A stretch of DNA of 63,963 bases, filler included, from Stramenopiles sp. TOSAG23-2 (lineage: Eukaryota), in assembly GCA_900128395.1 (NCBI GenBank). It is 4 parts of 4 records of this genome, joined end to end, with 100 filler letters (N's around TTAATTAATTAA, not from the genome) between each part and the next. Parts side by side here need not be neighbours in the genome. Positions count along the whole stretch, not along the records: positions 50,498 to 63,963 come from LT649799.1; 3 more parts are not named here. One strand, 5' to 3'. Of this stretch, positions 55,447-63,963 are shown piece after piece. Position 1 is the stretch's first letter. The number at the start of each line of letters is the position of its first letter. The translations under genes and the position numbers were made by a program. The notes beneath the pieces are model-generated. The model was given only the letters and a program-made list of their open reading frames with translations, had not been told where the DNA came from and searched no databases.

Positions 55447-55958
55447 AGTCTTATATTCTATCTTATAGTGTATTGTTTTGAAAATAAATATATATTGTTG
55501 TTTTTGAATGAATAATCTTTTTGAAATCTATATATTACAAATTTTATTTATATTAATAGCAACGGAACCGGCTTAAATGAATTGCAATAATTAATAAAAA
55601 TGAAAAAATAAATAAATGTAAATGTATATTATGCATTGTTGCACCATTGTTTGTGCCATTCCTGCTGGCATTCAATTTTTTAAATTGGTAGTATAGAATA
55701 TTATTATAAATTGCACAATTGGATGAACGATGATGTGCACATGATCTGATTATTTTCAAATATCATCTATTTTCAAATACATTAAGGTAGCTAATAGCTA
55801 TATGCCATAATAGGATAGCTTTACGTACTACTATACATATGGGATACTGTAATAGTGTATACCAGGTAATTGAATATTATAGAATAATTTACTTTTTAGA
55901 CTTAGGGGCGGGCTCTTGACCACTGAGACGGATAAAACATTATAATATATTTTTTTTA

Positions 55959-56650
55959 TTAAACCACATTTATGTCCATAGCGTCCGTGCTTACAAACTT
56001 TAGAAATATATCTGATTCCCGAATATTTCTATTATCAATTAATTTATCTACAAATAAAGTGATTCCTTTTTTTCTCTCTTCAATGACGACGGCTGCTGTG
56101 CTACCTGCTAAGCGTCTTCTTGGCAATGAAGGTAAGTTTTTAAATCCAGCAGCTTTCAAATTTGATTTTAAATATCTAAAATCACTGAAGCGACGTCGAA
56201 TACTCCACGTAGCCTCAAAAGGCCTTTCCAAGCCTGAAACGTTCAACACATACGTTGTAAACGAACTGGATTTCTTCTTTCCTCCAAAAAAACTAGCTTT
56301 TTCTTCCAGCATTTTCAGACTATGTGAAATTTTAATGCTATGAGGGTAACATTGATGGGAAAGGATTGCCTTCATTGCTCTTTCTTTTAACGGATCTCTT
56401 TCGCTCTCAAGAATATCTAGTTTAGACATGCTACTCGTCGAGGAACCACGCCTTAATACTTTGGTTCTTCTTGTATCGGAAGAGGAAGTACGGTTATCTA
56501 TATCCATATCTGATGGAATGCTGTATATATATATAATATAATATATATATATGTAGTTTGAAATTATTAAATGTTAGTATTTATTTTGGGTGGGAAATTA
56601 TAATATTATATATTAGATGTATCATATTAATAAAAGGGTTTATATACATA

Positions 56651-56684
<34 letters not shown>

Positions 56685-59600
56685 AAAGGATGTTAAATTT
56701 GAAGCCAGAAAATGTAAAAGAGGACCAGCATATGTATCAGAAAAAATGTATATATATATATATATATACGCTACGCTCCACGAACATAGTACAGGTAAGT
56801 CGAGTACAGGTAATACTTACATCTCTACATCATTATTATTACTATTATTATTATCTTTTTCTTTTTCTTCTTCTTCTTTTGGAAATGGGAGAAAATGTTT
56901 GTGCTGGTATTTCAATTGATATATCATGCTTTCGGCTGCTTTTCGTTCTGGCTTTAAATCCCATAATAAACATGTTGAACGCACAGAGTTACCTTTTAAA
57001 ACCTCCTTTATAATTGTACATATATGCTTCGATTCCTCTGGAGAATTCAATTCCACAACTTTCTCGCCTGAAAGCGAGGCTAACATAATTGCTGGGTCGT
57101 GCAAAGCTGTATGTAAAGCGGTCTCAACTGCACCACTATTTCCATTATCATGAAAACGTAATGACTGATCTACCGTGGTGCCTGTATGTATATATATTTA
57201 CCAAATGAAAAATGTTAGTATTATAAGTCTGGCAGGATTAGCGTAAGATAGGTATTATTATTAGTAGAAAGCTTGTAGGTAAGTAGATGCAGGTAACTAG
57301 ATATAAGAAGTTGTAGCTAGTGCAGGATACACCATACACTTCGTTCCACGAACCTTGGGCAAGATAGCAGGCAGGAATGTCTACGTTACTAACCTTTCGA
57401 CCCCTCACGCAGTGCGATGCAATGACCCCGTGGTATACATGTATGAATTTTTTCTGTAGGCATGCTCCAAAGCAAAGTAAATCCATTACTGGTATTGTCA
57501 TCGGTGTCAATTTTGGCCCGTTTTCCTTGTTTTTGTTTTCGGCTTTGTTTCACTGCGTAGCAACATAGCACATGTGTTGTAAGAATAACAATGTTTGTAG
57601 GGTAGCCATTAAGTTGCACATGATAGATGTACTCCCCAGAAATGCCAGTTAAAATAGTAAATGCCCGACCTTCCGCTTCGCGTCTTGAGAACCTTGCTAA
57701 TATACCGCGAGAAAAATATCGTGGAAGCCGATGCCTCATAAATCGCTTCTGTTTGTCAAACATATTGGCAGTATTTTTGATACCTTGAAATATATGGGTC
57801 AACGAGTCCAATGCTCCCGCTGCTGGTTTGACTACTAAGCCAACCATACCTTGGAACAAACCGACAGCTGCGCCTTTTATACCATCTTTTTTGTATTTAC
57901 GGTACGGATTATAAACAACGCCTTTGACAGCATCGAAAATACCACCGCCAAGGTCCTTTATCCCCTGTTCCAAACCTTCACGAATATCTTTTGGCCCATT
58001 TGGACTTCTTTTCCGCTGCTTCTTAACATATTCCTCATCAAAAGCAAAAAATTTAACGCCTTTGCTAACGGATTCAGTTATTTTTCCAGCTGTGTGGAAC
58101 AAACCTTTGACTGAGCTTTTCAAAAGATTCGCAGTACCTTTTTGCATTCCTTTTGCAAATTCTTTTGGACTTTTCATCAATCCCATTGCTGGTTCATAGA
58201 AAAATGCAATGACACCCGATCCTAAATTGGTTATTAAACCAACAGGATTTCCGAAAAATTCCAATGAGAAAAATATCTTATAAATTTGTGTTAAACTTTT
58301 CCACATATAATCTTCGGTGATTGTGCTTGAAAACTTATCCCAAGTATTTAACATGTGAGGTATATATAACGCATCTAATCGAAATGGTGCCTCATCAACA
58401 TTTGTCACCATATTTGATATTGCATCAACAATACCACGTAACGCAAGGGTGCTTAGACCATCGCCAAGTAAAGCTTCTGACAACTTTATATCCCCACTGG
58501 AAGAAAAAGTTATATTTATTGAAATAGGATGAAGGTGTAAAAGTCGAAAATAAACACGACCTTCTGATGCCAATTCAGCATCCGATTTTCCAATCACACA
58601 GCAATGGAACACGGGATCATCAAACAAATTGTCATGTGCCCCCAAGTCTAATACATAGATTTCCTTGGTTTGTTGGTAATACTTATTTTCGATATTATTC
58701 ATTATTATATCAATACTATCAGATGCTTGGATGCGCATATTTTGACTGTATAAGTCTTCCGCAAGCAAATCTGGTAAAAAATGAAGTAGCGATACCAGCC
58801 AAACATCATCGAGCTTCAGTTGAAGAGCCTGTAAAGAAACTGCAAACGTGTCAAACATCGTTACGTCTTGTGCTTTACCATTTTCAACAACGATTGCACT
58901 TACATGCAGAACTGGTCTATTTGGCCCTTCTTCTTCTTTGGAAGTATTAAATCGTTGACCAAGCAAAATATTATATTGACATAGTGGCAATTGATTTGCA
59001 ATTTGCAAGTCATTAATTTTAAATTCATAATCTGTCCTTCCATCCCCATACACGTCTTGCATCAAAGATATAGATTGAAGAGTAAAATATAAGAGTTCTT
59101 GTGGCGTTTTATCGATCAAAGATATACCTATTCCCGCCAGCTGAACGGTCAATGACATTTTGACATCATCATCTTTTCCTTTACGTATCGGGGTCCATCC
59201 ATATTCAATTTCAATTTCCCCCGCTTCACCATATAATGGAAAGGTTCCATCAGTTAAAAGCAAATTTTCGTTACTTTGTGCGCGATGTTTTACATCTACG
59301 TCAGAGCCATAAGCAGCTTCACTTGCATTAGAGAAAATTGTCAATGGGCAAGTAGCCTTGTGGCGTTTCCAATATTTCTCTAATTTATATTTAAGGAGCT
59401 GATTCTTACTCATTGGCGTATTGGCGCTTATATCGTTTTCGCCAGTAGCATCCGTAACAATGATCGATGGGAGCTCAACAACAGTTTGACCAATCAAAAC
59501 ATCGTCTTCTTCCATTTTTTCCATCATGTTCATAGTTTCAGATTTATTCGCTGGATCCTGGCCGAAAAAGTACTGGAGAGGTAAAAGTAATTCCCGATTT

Positions 59601-62600
59601 CGCTCATCTTCCAACAATATCTCCTGAGACAAGCTATCTGCTACATATTGTTGTTTATATGATGCATATATAGAAATTCTTGCATACCTTCCCGAGGAAG
59701 AGAAACATTCTTCAGGTACAAATTCTTCCTCTTCAAAATCTAAATCTCTACCCCATGCAACTCCAAGTCGACTTTCGTATTTTTTCTGTGCTTTCGGCGA
59801 CAATGCATGTTTCTTGACAAGTTGTTTCCATCTAGTTCCTGGTTTAACCTCGTCGGAATCTTTATCCATACCCCGAGTCTCCTCGTGGGCCTCTGCGCCT
59901 TTCTTTTTTCCATTGTGAAGCTCTAACACAGCAGCTTTTTTCTTTCCTCTCAAAATAGCACTTCGAAATTCCAATAGTCCACTGATACCATCTTTTATGT
60001 AAGCTTTAGCCAGGTCAGCAGCTTGTTCATATGGTAAAATACGAACTACTAAAGGCGAAGGCCTCAATTCTTTGTTTCCCAGCATTTTTTTAATTTCAGA
60101 CAATCGTAAGCCAGCAACAATTCTATCGCCTATTGCAACTATACAATCTCCAACACGTACACCTTGTTTAGCAGCATTTGATGTATCGAGAATTTGAGAA
60201 ACATTAATAATAAATATCTTAGGTGCTACAATCTTTGCAACATCAGCTAGTTTTTGTTTTTGACTATCCTCTTCATTATCCACAACTTGTTTCACATCAT
60301 CAATGTGTTCTAACATTTCATCAACCGCTTCTAGAGGGGTTGTAGATGCTACTTTTGAGGTAGAAACGTGACCAGAACTGTAACTATCATTAAATACCTT
60401 TTAAAATGCAATGTAAGAGAAAAGGTGTTAGTATAATATTAAAAAACTAGTAGCAGAGCGAGGTGACTGATGAACGATGATAAAAACAAAATCAGTAACA
60501 TGATATACTCCGCTTCACAAACACGGCGCAGGTTAGCGATAGATAGATAGATAGATAGATATGCTTGATTAAAGCTTCAGTAGTACTGTAGCTAAGATCC
60601 AATTGTCGCTCCACAAACCTTAGGTAGGAAGATACTCACTTCTTTTTCTTGCAACGCCATTCCAAAAACACCATCACATAGCAATATCGCTTTACCAAGC
60701 CCCCAACTAAAACCATATTGCCGTTCTTCTTCGAGATCATCCATTTCTGATAAGAAATCAAAGTATGATTTTGATTTGTCAAAAATGGAACAATTTGCAC
60801 GATTCAATCTTCGAGTTTCCTCATTTATATCCTCCTGTTTGAATTCCTCGCTTATTGTATCATGTGTTGGAAAGGGCCGGTGCATATGGGTTTTCCTAGT
60901 TTCACCATCCATAGATATTACTGCATACAATCTGACATTATACTCTTCACTCCATTCGCCGTCACTATGCAGTAACTCTTCAGAATCACGAGATAAATAC
61001 GAGTCTCGTACTTCATTACGTGGTTTCCGACGAATAGTGAAAGCAAACATTCCTTTTCCAAGGCGATTCATTTCACTCATTGAGGCTGGTGTGTATAGTT
61101 CGATATAACCTACAACAATATCTTTATCGTTTTTATGAATTATATGATAAATAATGTATGCATTGACTTTTTTATTAATACGCTTCAAACGTGCAATGGC
61201 AGTTTTGGATTGCGATGTTGTTGAAACAAAAGTAAAATGCAACCCCTTTTTCTGTGTAATCCATGCTGAGTAATTTGGATCTAACAATTGGTTTCCTCGA
61301 TGAATTAAAATAGAAAATCTTTTTCCTGTTACAGGAAGTTGCTCTGTATCTTGTTCTTCTTGCAATTCATCTATTTTTCGATGTAGCTCTGAACCGTGTT
61401 TATTTAACATATCGTTGCTAGGCCTGTGCTGTTTCTGGGTTTTTAAAAAATCCATGTCCATAGTGTGTTGTGACTCACCGGCGTGTTCACGACTTTGCAT
61501 CGTCCGCATTAACGAATCTTTGACATGGTGTAGTGTTTGTTCATATCGTTCCAACAACTTGACTCGTCCCTTAGATTTGCATTCTTCTTGATGTGGACCA
61601 TATTGTAAATGTATACGCAACTCACCGCGAGCAAGGGATTTCCCAGTACTAGACTTTAATGGCAACCAACATTGATAACCTTCATCAACTTTGATATTAT
61701 TTCGGAAAATATTCGACAAAGGTAAAGTTGCAATGCCGAGGCTATCATGCTTACCAATAGCATCACTATCCCAAGCATGGAGGCAGAGCATTAAGTCTGC
61801 TCCCATATGGATATCACCAGTTGGTATTTTCCATTGCATTTCCCGACCCCAAACAGGATTTAAATTATACTTTTCTACCCTAGTCTTGAAACTTTCATAT
61901 TCACTATTTTTTGGATCTATATTTTTTTTTCCTTTTCTATCAACCCATCCAATAACATAAGGGTCTGATTTGCCCGTCACATCAGCAACAGCAAGATCCC
62001 GCCCAGCAATTACTTGCACGTTCAGAATAATATAACTTTTGTCCCTTACAGCGCTTTTATCCTTTAACTTCAATAATTCGTGTTTTGCATCAAGTGCTTG
62101 GATCTGACACTGACTAATTAACTTTGTCATCTCAGCAATTGCATTGTCGACTGCATTTCGCCTGGCGCGAATTTGGGCACGACGTATTCGATCACTATCT
62201 GCCTCTTGGTTTCCAAAATCTGAAGCATTTGGCGAAAAATACGGAAGATCTGTGATTGTAACAACTTTTATACCTCCATCCATATGAACATGGACTCGTA
62301 ACTTAACCTGAACTAACTTCAAATCGCCAGCACGATAGCAAGATATTATTAAATCTTCATGACGCTCAATTTCATCTATAGGATACTCACGTATAGATTT
62401 CAAATGTAAAGTTGGGGCAACCCCAAGACCGATATCAACATGCAATTTTATTATTTCCAAAATATCAATTTGTTCATTGTTTATATTATACAATGACCGC
62501 TCTACTTCATACATAGCCATACCATCTTTTTTTCCTCCGATGGCTCTCGTTTTCATATTTTCTATGGATGACCTAGCAAAGCTCATAGTCTGTTTTACCG

Positions 62601-63963
62601 TTTCTTTTGAAAGTTTTACAGCGCCATCCACTGCGTTCATTGCATATTTGCCTGCTACAGCGATTGCATGTGCAGTCTTTTTTTTTGATGGTCCGTGTAT
62701 GGGAACAGCTTGGATCATAAGACGTTTTGGTTTCAAAGGCTCTGACCATGTATACGGTATACTTGTCATAGGAGGAACAGTAACTTGAGAGCTAGCTGCT
62801 ACTCCTTTTTGTAATATTCGAATAGTAGCATTGGTACATTCGTTTACGATGCGATATGGGGGAGGCGTTTCCTTCATTTCTGTCACAATTACATAAATGC
62901 TTGCATCTTGCTTTTTTATTACAACTCTTAAATATAGCGAGTCTATAAAACGCTCGTCCGTTGAAGCACCATCTGCATGTATGGGGAGCGCACCACGATG
63001 ATCATGAACTGGTATAACAGAATCCCATTCATCATCTTTTCCAGCATGATGATCAAGCGTATCGTGAATATTAGTCTTTTCCACCTTTAATACAAAATCA
63101 TCTACGTTGCCTACTGAAAATATACCAGACCAATTCCATCCCTTGTCCTTGATACGTATAGCTATAGTATTTTTTTTCCCTTTGTCAATCCAATTCATAC
63201 GTAAGCTTTGCCCATCGTTAACTTTGCTAATCGAGTCATTTAATATATTAGGTAACTCATTTAGACGACGATATGCTTTACTTGAATCATATTTGCCAAC
63301 CACTTGAGCCCATTCAATCACTTTATTCGTTTCGTTGAAAAATATATGCCCACATCCAACCGTAATCATTTTGACCCTAGCAAATTCTTTAGCTCCTTGT
63401 TGGACTCGAATGCCAAAATTATAAAGGTTACGTGTCTTCACGCTTGTGACAGTTAATGCTTGATCAACCCCTAGACCATCTAATTCCATTTTGTTGGACC
63501 ATTTAGTGGTGTCTAACGGCCCTTCTATAACACGGACGTGCATGATGTTATCCCTGTATTTCCCCCCTGGATTTTCTATGTCATAAAGTTGAACTTCGCA
63601 CCTATCATGAATGCCTATTTTTCTTCGACTAAAGGTTTTGGATCGCTTTAAGTCCAAATCCCCGTCTTCGTCCTTACTTTCATCACCATCGCTATCCACA
63701 CTTCTAAACTTGCGCTCTTTTACATCAATACCCATAATCATCCCTTCTTTATAATCGTTATCCTTTTTCTCTGAGGAGAATTGCAATTTCAATCCGGTGC
63801 GATTGAATATCCAGTAACGGCAATAAATGCTAATACGCAGTGGTACTATTACAGACGTTCCATGCTCTTTTGACAAATCGTAGTCAGATAGTTTCCACTT
63901 TACTTCGATATCAAGACACGCCTGTGCAAAGGTGTTACGCGTTTTAGAACTTTTCACAACAAT
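55959..63963 (-). CDS. VPS13: VPS13-family lipid transfer protein, 3' part; exons >63963-60640, 60397-57394, 57181-56821, 56520-55959
   Basis: VAB/SHR-BD (YWIFNRTGLKL, WNWSGIF, PPYRIVNE, PYTWSEP); C2; PDZ; C-terminal GIGISLID..PQELLY, LQIANQL, GNPVGL..GV..FFYEP, KPAAG, RLPR; PX; three GT-AG introns with TACTAAC restore the frame. Confidence 0.9.

Noticed and set aside
1-63963. CRISPR arrays, rRNA, tRNA, transposase or reverse transcriptase genes
   Set aside because: None recognised by eye; no repeat-spacer periodicity seen

Overview
AT-rich, gene-dense, intron-poor eukaryotic (protist-like) DNA using the standard code, with Asn-rich proteins. It is not one locus: four contigs are concatenated by three artificial 100-nt linkers (N44-TTAATTAATTAA-N44 at 16793, 33611, 50398), so adjacency across them means nothing. 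About 24 genes are supportable. Well-recognised ones are MOT1/BTAF1, MRE11, a CDIN1-like nuclease, a USP35/38-like deubiquitinase, an ARL GTPase, a nitronate monooxygenase and the 3' part of a spliced VPS13. The most notable observations are: (1) a temptin domain apparently fused to a ferric-reductase/NOX module, with a frame break; (2) VPS13 with inserted C2 and PDZ domains and a spliced-on C-terminal PX domain; (3) three adjacent genes with ubiquitin/p97/ERAD-type motifs (Trx-VBM-UBA, AN1 finger, membrane protein with a G2BR-like helix); (4) a young hAT-type MITE with a perfect 8-bp TSD, a 1.25-kb foldback element nested in another repeat, and older dispersed repeats; (5) recurrent intergenic motifs (TACGAAGTA, TACCWGGTA) and yeast-like TACTAAC branch points. 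Many short tandem duplications and frame breaks look like assembly joins. All family assignments come from motif recognition by eye; no searches were run.
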